Shown: one piece after another, positions 29,362-41,700 of the stretch
Numbering within the stretch: position 1 is the stretch's first letter
Layout: every line of letters begins with the position of its first letter
From: Trueperaceae bacterium
Lineage (GTDB): Bacteria; Deinococcota; Deinococci; Deinococcales; Trueperaceae
Direction of reading: 5' to 3'
Assembly (NCBI GenBank): GCA_965215565.1
Contig: CBDCDZ010000004.1
Coordinates: 2,176,001 to 2,240,000 of the forward strand
DNA: 64,000 nt
Translations under genes and position numbers: made by a program
The notes under the pieces: generated by a model
The model's input: the letters and a program-made list of their open reading frames with translations, nothing else
Databases searched by the model: none
What the model was told of the DNA's origin: nothing

Positions 29362-30537
29362 ATGCGCCGCTTTGTCCTCTTTTTAGCCTACCGCCACATC
29401 CGCCGCCGCCCTCTTCAGAGTCTCCTCACAGTGCTCGGTGTGGCGGTTGGCGTGATGGTTCTTGTTACGGCGCTTTCCCTCACAAACGGTTTTATCGACG
29501 AACTCATCCGCAGCACGCTCAAAGCGACGCCGCATGTGACGCTCAGGGGCTATGACGGCGAGCGTTTGCCCGACGACCCCGCAGTGTTAGAAGCGATTGG
29601 CGAATTCGGTAACGTGGAGGCGGTCAGCCCCTTTCTCTCCACACAGGCTTTAATCGCACGGCGAGCGAACGCACAGCTCGGCGTGAGCGGGCGGAGTAGC
29701 TACACGCAGATTTTAGGAATTGACCCGGTACTGGAGCAAGAGGTCTTGGATTTAGAATCATTAGAGCAACAGGCTGACACCCTTAGGGGTGACGGCATCG
29801 TCTTGGGCGAGAGCTTAGCGCGTCAGTTGGGCGTCTTTGCGGGTGATGAGGTGCAGATTGTCAACATCGACAGGAGCCGTCAAGCCTTTGATGTAGCGAG
29901 CACCTTTCGCGTCAACAACGAACTCATCGACAGCGTAACCTCGTTCGCTTCGATTCCGAATCTGCAAGACTACCTGCGAGCTGAGGGTGAAATTACGGGT
30001 TATCACGTGCGCGTCTCTGACCCCGAAGCCGCTACGGAAATAGGTCAAGCCCTGAGCCGCGAATTTGACCTTCTCGCGACGCCCTGGCAGAACCTCTTCG
30101 GCGGGCTGATTGATCAGCTCAACTTACAAAAGGCGCTCATCGGCGTCGTTGTATTCCTCATCGTCATTGTCGCGGCGATGGGAATCGCGAACATCCTCAT
30201 TTTGACAGTTTCAGAAAAGACCGAAGAGATTGCGATTTTGCGGGCATTGGGCGCGTCGCAGCGGCAAATCGTCTCGGTGTTTACCTTGGAGGGCTTTCTC
30301 TTGGGCGGCGGCGGCACACTCCTCGGAGCGCTTTTAGGTCTAGGCTTGTCGCTCTACTTCAAGTTTCAGCCCTACCCGCTGCCCGGCGACCTCTACTTCA
30401 TCACGCAGCTTCCCGTGGAGCTTCAAGCCTGGGACTTCATCTGGGTCTGTGCACTTTCCATTATCACCAGCGTGGTGGCGGGGGTGATTCCGGCGCGGCG
30501 GGCGAGTGGGTTGGACCCGGCGGAAGTGTTGCGGTGA
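29362..30537 (+). CDS. LolC/E-type (FtsX family) ABC permease
   Basis: GVAVGV.VLV..LSLTNGF, EKTEEIAILRALGA, PARRAS.LDPAEVLR. Confidence 0.92.
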   Translation: MRRFVLFLAYRHIRRRPLQSLLTVLGVAVGVMVLVTALSLTNGFIDELIRSTLKATPHVTLRGYDGERLPDDPAVLEAIGEFGNVEAVSPFLSTQALIARRANAQLGVSGRSSYTQILGIDPVLEQEVLDLESLEQQADTLRGDGIVLGESLARQLGVFAGDEVQIVNIDRSRQAFDVASTFRVNNELIDSVTSFASIPNLQDYLRAEGEITGYHVRVSDPEAATEIGQALSREFDLLATPWQNLFGGLIDQLNLQKALIGVVVFLIVIVAAMGIANILILTVSEKTEEIAILRALGASQRQIVSVFTLEGFLLGGGGTLLGALLGLGLSLYFKFQPYPLPGDLYFITQLPVELQAWDFIWVCALSIITSVVAGVIPARRASGLDPAEVLR

Positions 30538-30634
30538 ATTCCCCGGCCCTTTGAAAGGGAGAATCGCAGTGCGGACGTTGCAAGGAGACTCAGGGATTGC
30601 ATCTCTGTAAGTTCAGGAGGTGGGGGCCTCGAGC

Positions 30635-30823
30635 CTAATCCTCTTCATCCTCTAGGATGTCTTCGGCGGGAATCCACACGGCTTTTCCGCCCCGCCATAC
30701 GACGATAGGGTTGCCTGCTTGTTTGTGCTTGCGCCTCGCATCCCTAGCGGCTTTGGCGAGGGCTTCGCTAATAATCTCTGGGTTTTCAAACGCCTTTTCG
30801 ATTCTATCCTTGTCACTATCCAT
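30635..30823 (-). CDS. Small protein partnering the zeta-like ATPase (putative antitoxin)
   Basis: A..A...HK.AGNPIVVWR.GK.V.I pattern; ATG overlaps the upstream gene end. Confidence 0.7.
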   Translation of the reverse strand: MDSDKDRIEKAFENPEIISEALAKAARDARRKHKQAGNPIVVWRGGKAVWIPAEDILEDEED

Positions 30824-31394
30824 AGCGCTTCTTGACCTCTTCCCAAAGTTTCGAATCACCGATCTGCCTGTCTGTTCTACCCGTTCCTGATGCTACCAGT
30901 CTGGGCGTCCTTGTGCCGGTGTTGTCGTAAAAAGTCCAGCGGTTAGCGAGAGGTTGGTACAGCTCGAAAAAGTTGCGCAAACCTGCCTTATAGCGCCTTC
31001 TCACCGTTTCAATCGGCACGAAATGACCGCCGAATCTGACCCGTTCTTTCACTCGTTGAATAGCAAACTCGGCAGAAGGAAGCCATAAGAAAACCAGATG
31101 GACGCGGTAGCCGCGCTCCTGCTGACGCCGCAGCCAGGGGGCGAACGAGCGGCTCGCCAGCGTCGTTTCGAACGCGAACGTCGCTTTAGCCTCTGCCAAT
31201 TCGTTCAACCTCTTCAACATAATACGCCCCGCTGCAAACGCCGCGCCCTCTGGGTCAAATGCAGATAGTCCTTGCGCAATCGTATCTGCATTGACAAACT
31301 CAGAAACGCCCAGCGTATCTCTCAGCAGAAAAGGTGCGCTTGTGGATTTGCCTGCGCCGTTCGGTCCTGCGATGACGATGATGTAAGGAGGCAC
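30816..31394 (-). CDS. Zeta-toxin-like P-loop ATPase
   Basis: IAGPNGAGKST, FVNAD.IA, FETTL, RV..GGH.VP; likely GTG start at 31394. Confidence 0.88.
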   Translation of the reverse strand: MPPYIIVIAGPNGAGKSTSAPFLLRDTLGVSEFVNADTIAQGLSAFDPEGAAFAAGRIMLKRLNELAEAKATFAFETTLASRSFAPWLRRQQERGYRVHLVFLWLPSAEFAIQRVKERVRFGGHFVPIETVRRRYKAGLRNFFELYQPLANRWTFYDNTGTRTPRLVASGTGRTDRQIGDSKLWEEVKKRYG

Positions 31395-31432
31395 GTGCGC
31401 CAAGTTTAGCACTCATTTTATAAACTGTAGGG

Positions 31433-31777
31433 ATGAACAAGCGCCTACGCAAAAAGCTCCATAAGGGCGAGTTTAAGGAACTCGCCGTTGAATTCATTAT
31501 CATCTTCCGAGGTAACTTATTCACGCCGGAATATAAATCCTGTATGGATGACCTCTTTAGCTTCGCAAAAGCTCTTGGTGTGGAATTGGGCGGGAGCGAG
31601 TACCCACAAGAGAAGCGGGTTGACCTCATAGGAAGTGCGCTCAAGGAGCGTAGTAGCGTCTCCTTAAACCAGCGCGAGAAGATACTGAACTGGCTCGAGA
31701 CTCATGAAGAGGTCATCGAGGCGAGAGGTAGCCAGCTCTTCGATATCTACTATCTGCCTAAGACCATTCCTTATTGA
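31433..31777 (+). CDS. YggL-like (DUF469) protein
   Basis: N-terminal KRLRKKLHKGEF.EL; W...H.EV......L.D.YY. Confidence 0.75.
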   Translation: MNKRLRKKLHKGEFKELAVEFIIIFRGNLFTPEYKSCMDDLFSFAKALGVELGGSEYPQEKRVDLIGSALKERSSVSLNQREKILNWLETHEEVIEARGSQLFDIYYLPKTIPY

Positions 31778-31790
31778 AGTGCTTGCACGC

Positions 31791-32225
31791 CTATAGTTCA
31801 ATATCTCCTGGTGGGACTTTCTTTATTTTTTCCTGCCACAGTCTAGCTTGCTCTAAGCGCCGCCTCTCTTCTTCGTGATCAAACTTCATGTAGACAGCGC
31901 CATTCTCAAACCGTTGAAACACAAGAATGTCACCCTCCTCGGTTTCGTTGAGAAGCAGGGCGCGAGGAAAGTCGATGATGGCTAACGGTCCGGTATTCAC
32001 CTCGAGGATCGCCCAGCCATTATCTTCGAAGTGATCAACCACGAACATCACTTCCGATACAGGCGCTGAGTATCGGTCTGCAAAAGTAGTAGCGACAAAG
32101 TATGTCAACGCATTGAGCACTACCATGAGAACGACAACTTTGAAAACGGAGCGTTTCAACCAACTTAGCTGTAATTTGAGAATGCTCTGCGCCGTCCGCT
32201 GAGTTGGGCTTTGCTGAAAAACCAT
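31791..32225 (-). CDS. DUF3006-like protein with N-terminal TM
   Basis: VDHFED..WAILE...PR.LL.....EGDIL pattern. Confidence 0.65.
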   Translation of the reverse strand: MVFQQSPTQRTAQSILKLQLSWLKRSVFKVVVLMVVLNALTYFVATTFADRYSAPVSEVMFVVDHFEDNGWAILEVNTGPLAIIDFPRALLLNETEEGDILVFQRFENGAVYMKFDHEEERRRLEQARLWQEKIKKVPPGDIEL

Positions 32226-32266
32226 CCGTTTGAAACCTCCGTAAAGCAGCTTTTGCTGAAACTACA

Positions 32267-32398
32267 TAGCAGGTATCATCTGGTCTGAGTGTACGAAGTT
32301 TTGCGAAGCAACACCCTCACTGTAGAAAACACTGTTTAGCACGCACGTTGTGAGGTGATACCTGCGGCACTCCGTCTCAATATGTTTTGGAAGTGCTA
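32267..32398 (-). mobile_element. MITE-like repeat family B, copy 3 (carries a nested micro-element)
   Basis: tagcaggtatcatctggtc...tagcacgcac...ggaagtgcta. Confidence 0.75.
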
Positions 32399-32442
32399 TA
32401 CACACGCCTAGTAAGCAAAGTCTCGAGCCCGAACAACACCGC

Positions 32443-32468
32443 TTGACCTCGAGCGTTTACGGTATGCT
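32443..32468 (+). promoter_or_regulatory. Promoter of a leaderless meaB transcript
   Basis: TATGCT 6 nt before GTG 32475; TTGACC upstream at non-canonical spacing. Confidence 0.5.
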
Positions 32469-32474
32469 TTTTAG

Positions 32475-33404
32475 GTGAGTGTCGAAACCTTGAAAGAACG
32501 CTTCCTCGAGCATAATGAACGCGCCCTAGCCAGAGCAATCAGCCTGCTCGAGCGCGGTCAACCCGAGGGACAAACCCTCCTTAAAGCGGTGCGTTCAAGA
32601 GGTGGCAAAGCGCGCATCGTCGGGCTGACGGGCTCACCGGGGAGCGGCAAGAGCACCTTGGCGGACCGCCTTATCGGAGAGGTGCGGGGGCGCTCCCAAG
32701 AGGTCGCCGTCGTCGCAGTGGACCCTACGAGCCCCTACAGCGGCGGCGCGATTTTGGGCGACAGAATCCGCATGATGCGCCATCACAAAGACCCCGGCGT
32801 CTATATTCGCTCGATGGCAACGAGAGGTCATCTGGGCGGCTTAGCAGCGGCAACTTTGCAGGTTATCGCCCTTTTAGACGCCTACGGCTTCGACTATATC
32901 TTTGTGGAAACCGTCGGCGTCGGTCAGTCGGAGGTGGATATCGTGCAAGTGGCGGACTCCACCGTGCTCGTCCTCAACCCAGGCCAGGGCGACGGCGTGC
33001 AGGCGTTCAAAGCGGGCATCATGGAAATCGCGGACATCTTTGCTATCAATAAAGCGGACCATGACGGCACCGGACGCTTAAAACGCGAGATTGGGGCGGC
33101 GTTGGACCTCGGCACGTGGGAAGAGGGCGCGTGGCGTCCGCCGCTGCAAGAAACTGTGGCCTCAGAAGGTAAGGGCAGCGAAGACCTCTTGGCGCACCTC
33201 GCTGAGCACTACGAATACCTAAAAGCGACGGGCGGACTAGAGGAGCGTAGGCGCAGCCGGGCTCGCTTTGAAATCTCCGCGGTGGTCACTGCGCAGGTGC
33301 AACGGCGCGTCCTAGCGGACGAGGCGCGTTACGTCGAGGCGGTGCTCAGGGGCGAACTCTCGCCTTCTGAGGTGGTGGAGGATTTGCTGGGCTCGAGGGT
33401 ATAA
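32475..33404 (+). CDS. meaB: Methylmalonyl-CoA mutase-associated GTPase MeaB
   Basis: TGSPGSGKST, DPTSP.SGGAILGDRIRM, ETVGVGQSE, NKAD motifs. Confidence 0.95.
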   Translation: MSVETLKERFLEHNERALARAISLLERGQPEGQTLLKAVRSRGGKARIVGLTGSPGSGKSTLADRLIGEVRGRSQEVAVVAVDPTSPYSGGAILGDRIRMMRHHKDPGVYIRSMATRGHLGGLAAATLQVIALLDAYGFDYIFVETVGVGQSEVDIVQVADSTVLVLNPGQGDGVQAFKAGIMEIADIFAINKADHDGTGRLKREIGAALDLGTWEEGAWRPPLQETVASEGKGSEDLLAHLAEHYEYLKATGGLEERRRSRARFEISAVVTAQVQRRVLADEARYVEAVLRGELSPSEVVEDLLGSRV

Positions 33405-33458
33405 GAGCGCGTCAGCACTTCAGGAAAACCTTGACAAGCTGACTGGCTGAGATGCTAA
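33405..33458. repeat. Repeat family E copy
   Basis: gtcagcacttcagg...gctgactggctgagatgct. Confidence 0.55.
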
Positions 33459-33513
33459 TAAGTTTGAATTTGGAATGCCATGATGTAGGTAACGTCTCAA
33501 AAGTGCGGACTAA

Positions 33514-34687
<1,174 letters not shown>

Positions 34688-34691
34688 GGTC

Positions 34692-34754
34692 GAGTAACGA
34701 GCAATGAGCCTGAAGGGTTTCACTTTCAACTCATTGTTTTTAACTCGTCGCTCC
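34692..34754. repeat. Repeat family A copy (degenerate)
   Basis: gagtaacgagcaatgag...tttcaactcattgtttttaactcgtcgctc. Confidence 0.55.
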
Positions 34755-34877
34755 CTTTGTCACTAACCCTACGCCCTTTTTGTCAGCCTGAGCGTATACT
34801 TTTTGTAGTGACTTAGAAACGCATCCACCCAACTGGACAACCCAAAAACAACTTAGCTCAGTTCGAAAGGACACTTT

Positions 34878-35861
34878 ATGTCTTATCTACTTCGCGGTAT
34901 AGCGGCGAATGGGGGCGTTCGCGTGGTTGCCGCTGACGCGACACAACTCGTCGAAGAGGCGCGAGTACGCCACGATACCTCACCGACTGCAACTGCGGCA
35001 CTCGGGCGCACCCTCACGGGCGCACTTCTCCTCGCGCACGTCCTCTTAAAAAATCCACAGGACCGCGTGACCTTGCGCTTGCGCGGCGACGGTCCGATGG
35101 GCGGCACCATCGCAGACGCGGGCTTGGATGGCTCGGTGCGCGGTTACGTGACGAATCCGAACACCTACGTGCCGCTCAGACCGGACGGCAAGCTCAACGT
35201 GGGCGGCGCGCTCGGCAAGGGCGACTTACAAGTGATTCGCGCCCACGCCCCTTACGGCGACCCCTATAGCTCATCGGTTGACCTCGTCACGGGCGAAGTC
35301 GCGGAGGACATCGCGGTCTTCTTAGCGCAGTCCGAGCAGATCAGTTCCGCTGTGCTCGTCGGCGTGTACATGGAACGTAACGGCGTCGTCAAGTCGGGCG
35401 GCGTGATCTTACAGGCCTTACCGGACGCAGACCCCGCCGCTTTAGACCTCTTGGAAGCGAACGTCAAGGCGGTAGGTCAACTCACCGACGCGATGCAGCG
35501 CGTCTCTTTACTAGAGATTGTAGAGGAACTCTGCTGGGGTCTGGATTTCAAGCTCTTGACCCAAGACGCCCTGCCACTTAGGTTCGAGTGCCACTGTAGC
35601 GACGAAAAAGCGCTCGACGCGCTCGCTTACTTTTCACCCGAAGAGCGCGAGCAGATGATCGAAGAGGACGGCGGCGCAGAAGCCGTGTGCCACTGGTGCG
35701 GCGAAAAGCGCTGGATGACACCGGAGCAGATTCGTACCATCTCGAGCGACGAGATTCGCTGCCCCGAGTGCGACACCCTTTGGTACCGCGAAGGGCAAGT
35801 GACGATGGTGCGCGAGTCGGAGCGGTGCGCGTGCGGGGTGCCGGTGCAACTTCCAGCTTAA
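34878..35861 (+). CDS. hslO: Hsp33 redox-regulated chaperone with an extra C-terminal Cys cluster
   Basis: TAALGR.LT, G.GP.G, SEQ..S, CHC...CHWC, then CPEC...CAC. Confidence 0.93.
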   Translation: MSYLLRGIAANGGVRVVAADATQLVEEARVRHDTSPTATAALGRTLTGALLLAHVLLKNPQDRVTLRLRGDGPMGGTIADAGLDGSVRGYVTNPNTYVPLRPDGKLNVGGALGKGDLQVIRAHAPYGDPYSSSVDLVTGEVAEDIAVFLAQSEQISSAVLVGVYMERNGVVKSGGVILQALPDADPAALDLLEANVKAVGQLTDAMQRVSLLEIVEELCWGLDFKLLTQDALPLRFECHCSDEKALDALAYFSPEEREQMIEEDGGAEAVCHWCGEKRWMTPEQIRTISSDEIRCPECDTLWYREGQVTMVRESERCACGVPVQLPA

Positions 35862-35880
35862 ACTTCTGAATTCAGTTTAG

Positions 35881-35920
35881 GGTGGCGCAGCAAGCAACGC
35901 TGCGCCACCTCTTCTTTTTT
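35881..35920 (+). terminator. Intrinsic terminator
   Basis: ggtggcgcagc-loop-gctgcgccacc followed by a T-rich tail. Confidence 0.75.
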
Positions 35921-35997
35921 GGTTTAGCTCGAAAAAAAGTGTTGCCGAAAAGTGAAAATTTACAGCGCAGCAGCCCAAAACCCCTCAAACTAACCCT

Positions 35998-36153
35998 ATG
36001 CCAGACCTCTTCGGCTTCATTCTAAATGCCGTCACGAACTTCTTCGCACCACTTTACAACGCCGACAAACGACCCGAGGCACGAAAGATAACCGTCCAAC
36101 TTTTTTTCGTTATGACGGTCATCTCACTCATCCTCTTTTTACTCTTGCGCTAG
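35998..36153 (+). CDS. Putative 51-aa small membrane protein (below the ORF-track cutoff)
   Basis: [51 protein letters not shown]; stop overlaps the convergent lysX stop. Confidence 0.5.
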   Translation: MPDLFGFILNAVTNFFAPLYNADKRPEARKITVQLFFVMTVISLILFLLLR

Positions 36154-37046
36154 ACGCTTACTAGTTGACTCGCCGCGTACCGCGCCACCTTTGCGGGAAT
36201 GTCTACTCCCGTCGTCGCAACCGAGTTTCTAAACTCCATTGTATGGTTCACTTCGACGACGAGTAAACCGCGCTCACTCTCGACTAAATCCACCGCGACC
36301 ACGCCGCCGCCCACCGCTTCGGCTGCGCGTAGCGAGATATCTTCAAGCGAGTCATAAAGCGGGCAGTTCGTCGCCGTCGCCCCCCTCGCCGTATTGGTAA
36401 TCCAATGCTCCGAGTTGCGGTAAATAGCCGCGACGACCTCACCGCCGACGACAAAGGCGCGAATGTCCCGCCCCGGCTTCTGCACAAACTCCTGAAAGTA
36501 GAAAACCTTGTGCTGCGGCCCGCCCAGGACCTCTTTGTGCTCCAGAACGGCTTCCACCGCGTCACGGTCATTGAGCTTCGTGACCATACGCCCCCACGAG
36601 CCGACGACGGGCTTCATGACGACGGGGTAGCCGAAGTCTTCGCAAATTTCTAAGGCGGACTCGCAGGTAAATGCAACCGCTGTGCGCGGTGTGGGAACGC
36701 CTGCACGAGCGAGTGCCGCGTTCGTCGCCAGCTTATCTCCACAAGTTTCGATAACGTCAGGTGCATTCAGTACGGTTGCGCCTAACGCAGTGAAAATACG
36801 ACTGATTGCCAAACCTCTCGTCTGCGACATGCAGCGCTCAATTACTACGTCATAGTGGGCGAGGCCCCTAAGGTCCCCAAAATCCGCTTTGATATCGGGC
36901 GCGTAGAGCTTTTCAAAAGGGATGTTCTTGCGCTCCAAAGCGTCAAAGAGCAAACGCTCTTCGGGGCGCAAGCGGTCATAGACGACGGCGAGACGAGGGG
37001 TAGTCTGAACGGTATTTTCTGCGGGACATTCTAAGGTTGAAATCAT
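36150..37046 (-). CDS. lysX: LysW-alpha-aminoadipate ligase (RimK-family ATP-grasp)
   Basis: [37 protein letters not shown] motifs. Confidence 0.95.
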   Translation of the reverse strand: MISTLECPAENTVQTTPRLAVVYDRLRPEERLLFDALERKNIPFEKLYAPDIKADFGDLRGLAHYDVVIERCMSQTRGLAISRIFTALGATVLNAPDVIETCGDKLATNAALARAGVPTPRTAVAFTCESALEICEDFGYPVVMKPVVGSWGRMVTKLNDRDAVEAVLEHKEVLGGPQHKVFYFQEFVQKPGRDIRAFVVGGEVVAAIYRNSEHWITNTARGATATNCPLYDSLEDISLRAAEAVGGGVVAVDLVESERGLLVVEVNHTMEFRNSVATTGVDIPAKVARYAASQLVSV

Positions 37047-37123
37047 AGTAATTTGGGAGTTTAGCTTTTAGCGCCCGAGTACCAACTTCTGTTTAAGAGG
37101 TTTAGCACCCACAGCTAAACGCT

Positions 37124-37279
37124 TTACTCTCCCCAATCCTCCTCTTCTTCGGGGGCAAGCTCGAGCTTGAGCGGACTTACTTTCACCACTTCTAGCTCGC
37201 TGCCGCAGTCGTCACAAACGATGAGTTCGCCTTGCTCTAAGCCTTCGGAATCTATTTCGTTGCCGCATTCTGGACACAT
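37124..37279 (-). CDS. lysW: Amino-group carrier protein LysW (51 aa, not in the ORF track)
   Basis: MCPECGNEI...GELIVCDDCGSELEV...APEEEEDWGE; AAGGAG RBS. Confidence 0.97.
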   Translation of the reverse strand: MCPECGNEIDSEGLEQGELIVCDDCGSELEVVKVSPLKLELAPEEEEDWGE

Positions 37280-37304
37280 CTTCAAATCTCCTTGAATCTC
37301 TTAA

Positions 37305-37826
37305 TTACTGCGTTTCGTTGGGTGCTTCGCCCGCTGTTTCTCCAGGGAAACGCTGATGTTTTCGGTAGAACTCTAAAATCGAACCCGCTTCCAAAGCCTC
37401 GCGTAGGAAGTCGGGCGGCGGCGTAAGACGAAACACTTCATCACCGCGCTGAATTACACCGGAAGCAAGGTCAAAGCTCACCTCGTCGCCGTCTCGCAAG
37501 AGGTCAGGAACCTCTTTAGACTCGAACGCAGGGATACCCAAGTTGAGCAGATTGCGGTAGTGAATCCGCGCAAACGACTCCGCGATAATCGCGCCGACGC
37601 CCAGCTTCTTGAGAGCTTGCGGGGCGTATTCCCTGGACGACCCCAAGCCCCAATTACGCCCGCCGATAAGCAAATCTCCCGGCTGCACTTCCCTAGCAAA
37701 TTCAGGGCGCATGTGCGCGAAAGCGTAGGTCTGAAACTTGTTCTCACCGACCATAAAAGGGGCGTACTTACCGGGGAGGATGTCGTCGGTGTTGATGCTG
37801 TCGCCGAATTTCCAGATTTTAGGCAT
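37305..37826 (-). CDS. lysU: Homoaconitase small subunit
   Basis: FGD.INTDDILPGKY, G.GSSRE.A, SFARI.YRN; lysine operon context. Confidence 0.9.
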   Translation of the reverse strand: MPKIWKFGDSINTDDILPGKYAPFMVGENKFQTYAFAHMRPEFAREVQPGDLLIGGRNWGLGSSREYAPQALKKLGVGAIIAESFARIHYRNLLNLGIPAFESKEVPDLLRDGDEVSFDLASGVIQRGDEVFRLTPPPDFLREALEAGSILEFYRKHQRFPGETAGEAPNETQ

Positions 37827-39064
37827 GAACGACCTCTCGCTCAGGCAAGCTCAGCGTGCCATTTAGCGCCGTCGCCGCTGCCACTGCCGGACTCGCCAAG
37901 AAAATCTTTGCTTCCGGGCTCCCCATGCGTCCCATGAAGTTGCGGTTCGAAGTCGAGACGCAGACCTCGCCAGGGGCTAGGACGCCCATGTGCCGACCCA
38001 TGCAAGGACCGCAGCCGGGAGTGCCAAAGGTTGCGCCCGCCGCAAGAAGTGTGCCGAAGGTTCCATCTGCCGCCGCCTGCTCTAACACTTGCGAGCTTGC
38101 CGGGATGACGAGCAGGCGGGTTCCCTCTGCAACATGCTTGCCGCGTAAGATATTCGCGACTTCGTGCAGGTCATCCAAGCGTCCGTTCGTGCAGGTGCCG
38201 ACGAAGACTTGATCAACAGGTGTGCCGATGAAGTCTTCTACGGGGTAAACATTGTCTACGTAAAAGGGGACAGAAACGACCGGAGAGAGGCTCGAGAGGT
38301 CAATTTCTACCTCTTTGCTGTAAGTTGCTTCAGGGTCTACCTCGAGCCACTCCGGTACGTCGTACTCCTCTAAAATCTCACCACTCGGCGGCACTAAACC
38401 AACTTTCGCACCTGCTTCAACAGCGAGGTTGGCAAGCGTCATTCGCTCGGATTTAGAGAAGCTTTCTGCGCCGTGATATTCAATACTGGCATAGGTCGCA
38501 CCGTCCGCCGTCAGTGTTTTGATGACCGAGAGCGCCACATCCTTCGCGCTTACGCCAGCAGGTCTCGCACCCACTAAGTTCACCCGAACGGTCTCGGGCA
38601 CCTTGAGCCACGTGCGCCCCGACGCTGCCGCTAATGCGATATCGGTTGCGCCCATGCCCGTTCCGAACGCGCAGACCGCCCCGTAAGTCGTCGAGTGCGA
38701 ATCCGAACCCAAGACAATCCAACCTGGACGCGCCAAGCCCTCTTCCATCAAAACCTGGTGGCAGATACCGCGCCCGATGTCGAAGACTTTAATGCCTTTC
38801 TCTTTCGCATACTGGCGCAAATTCTTCTGCGTCGTCGCCACTTCCACGTTCGAGGCGGGCGCGACGTGGTCAACTACGAAACAGACGCGCTCGGGGTGCT
38901 TGACCTCGCCGCCTAAGCTCTCCTCGATGACGCGAATCGCGCTCGGCGCAATTGAGTCCACGACCATGACTTGGTCAACTTCTACGACCGCGAGTTCGCC
39001 CGCTTGCACGCGCTTGCCTGAACGCACGGAGAGGATGCGCTCAGCGAGTGTTAGACCGGAGAGG

Positions 39065-39069
<5 letters not shown>
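37819..39069 (-). CDS. lysT: Homoaconitase large subunit
   Basis: DH, GICHQ, DSHSTT.GA, GTCTNGR, PGCGPC.G, NRNF.GRMG; GTG start at 39069. Confidence 0.92.
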
Positions 39070-40291
<1,222 letters not shown>

Positions 40292-40431
40292 TCACGCCAC
40301 GAATACACTCTTGACTCACGGCGAGCACGATTTGGGACACCTTGGAATTTAGACAGAGAGGAAAGTGCACTTACGAATCTTCAGCGGCTTACCAGCTTAG
40401 AGATTTTCGGCACACGTCTTTCACAAACGTC

Positions 40432-40461
40432 ACTTTAAGGGATGTTGGGCGCGCTTGTCAA
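40432..40461 (-). promoter_or_regulatory. Sigma70-type promoter of the lysine operon
   Basis: TTGACA-18 nt-TAAAGT on the minus strand. Confidence 0.7.
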
Positions 40462-40613
40462 ACCAAAAAAGTGCGTTGTAGACGCGCTTTTCCCTAGTTT
40501 TCAAAGGTTTATACGGAGGCTTACCGATGACTTCAAAGTGATTGACCTAACAGCTTGGAAATGCAAGTAAAAAGGTGAGTTAGACTTAAAAAACGAAAGT
40601 TAGCGTCTTATTC

Positions 40614-41018
40614 TCAACTGTGAAGGTCAACACGCCAGAGACCACTTTCTAACCTCTTCGCGCCGGGTTCAGCTAACCTCGCTTCATCCAGATAGAGATA
40701 CGCCCAGACCTCTTGATTTAGCGGATAGGCGACGGTTTTGATGCGCTCGTATTCGGGTGGGTCCCAGTGGCAGCCCTCGAGTTCGTCCAAAAGCGGCAGT
40801 GCCTGTCCGATATTTTCAAAGGTGAAGACGTTGCCGTGGACTTTTCCCTCACCCCTCGTGATGGCGGGGTAATCTTCGGGCTCGAGATGATAAAGCGTAA
40901 AGCCTTCGATATAGGCGTCTTGAGAGGTGAAGCGCCCACCTCTTTGCGCGACGCTGTGGTAGCGCCCGCCCGGTTTGAGGGTGCCGTAGACGAAGACGTG
41001 GGGGATAAGATCAGTCAA
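40614..41018 (-). CDS. Gamma-glutamylcyclotransferase (AIG2-like)
   Basis: FVYGTLKPG, YPA, LDELEG...Y.R motifs. Confidence 0.9.
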   Translation of the reverse strand: MTDLIPHVFVYGTLKPGGRYHSVAQRGGRFTSQDAYIEGFTLYHLEPEDYPAITRGEGKVHGNVFTFENIGQALPLLDELEGCHWDPPEYERIKTVAYPLNQEVWAYLYLDEARLAEPGAKRLESGLWRVDLHS

Positions 41019-41079
41019 GAGTTAGCATCTGTTTCAAAACTTGATCATTGCACTGCTTACGAAGACGCGCGAACTAAAG

Positions 41080-41604
41080 TTAAGTGTTGTTGCCTAAGTA
41101 CAGGGTTTTGATAGCATTGAGATGATGTCGCTCGTGACCAAGAATAACGTAAAGCAAACCGAGCACGCTTAGATTATCGTTATTTGCTTCGCCGAAAAGA
41201 GCTAACCGTTTGGGCGTCAGGCTTTCAAACATGGCAAGATTTGCTTTTCTCTGAGATAAGAGTTCTGTAGTAACGCTAGCCAAAGTACGTTGGTGGTAGC
41301 GCCCCTTACGAACATAGGTAGTTTTGTCGAAATCGTAGTCCAAGCGATTTTGCGTATCTCCGCGACTAAAGCGAAGCACGCGGAGCGAAAAAATGCGCTC
41401 TACATCAATAACATGCCCCACTACTTCGCGGATGCTCCATTTATCTTCCTCGTAGCGGAGTAAAGATTGCTCCTCACTGATACTGGATAGCAAAGACTCT
41501 GTAACCGCTAATTGACCTCTAAAAGCACTGACAATATCTGTTTCTTGAACATTATCAATGTAGCGTTGATATCTCTCGGGGTACTCTCCAGGACTAGGTG
41601 TCAT
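41080..41604 (-). CDS. DinB family protein
   Basis: Y...KWSIREVVGH..D.ERIF; GHERHH. Confidence 0.9.
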   Translation of the reverse strand: MTPSPGEYPERYQRYIDNVQETDIVSAFRGQLAVTESLLSSISEEQSLLRYEEDKWSIREVVGHVIDVERIFSLRVLRFSRGDTQNRLDYDFDKTTYVRKGRYHQRTLASVTTELLSQRKANLAMFESLTPKRLALFGEANNDNLSVLGLLYVILGHERHHLNAIKTLYLGNNT

Positions 41605-41658
41605 CCTCGTATTTTACGACTAAGGTTTAAGTGCCAGTCTTGTGAAGCTTTGTAGCTT

Positions 41659-41700
41659 TGTGAAAGAGGACCTCGAGGCGTGCGCCATATTCAAGGATCA
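41659..41700 (+). pseudogene. Relic of a DUF433 antitoxin C-terminus
   Basis: Translates FVKEDLEACAIFK; similar to 43608-43646 and to the intact LTKEDFKACIAF at ~44600. Confidence 0.5.
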
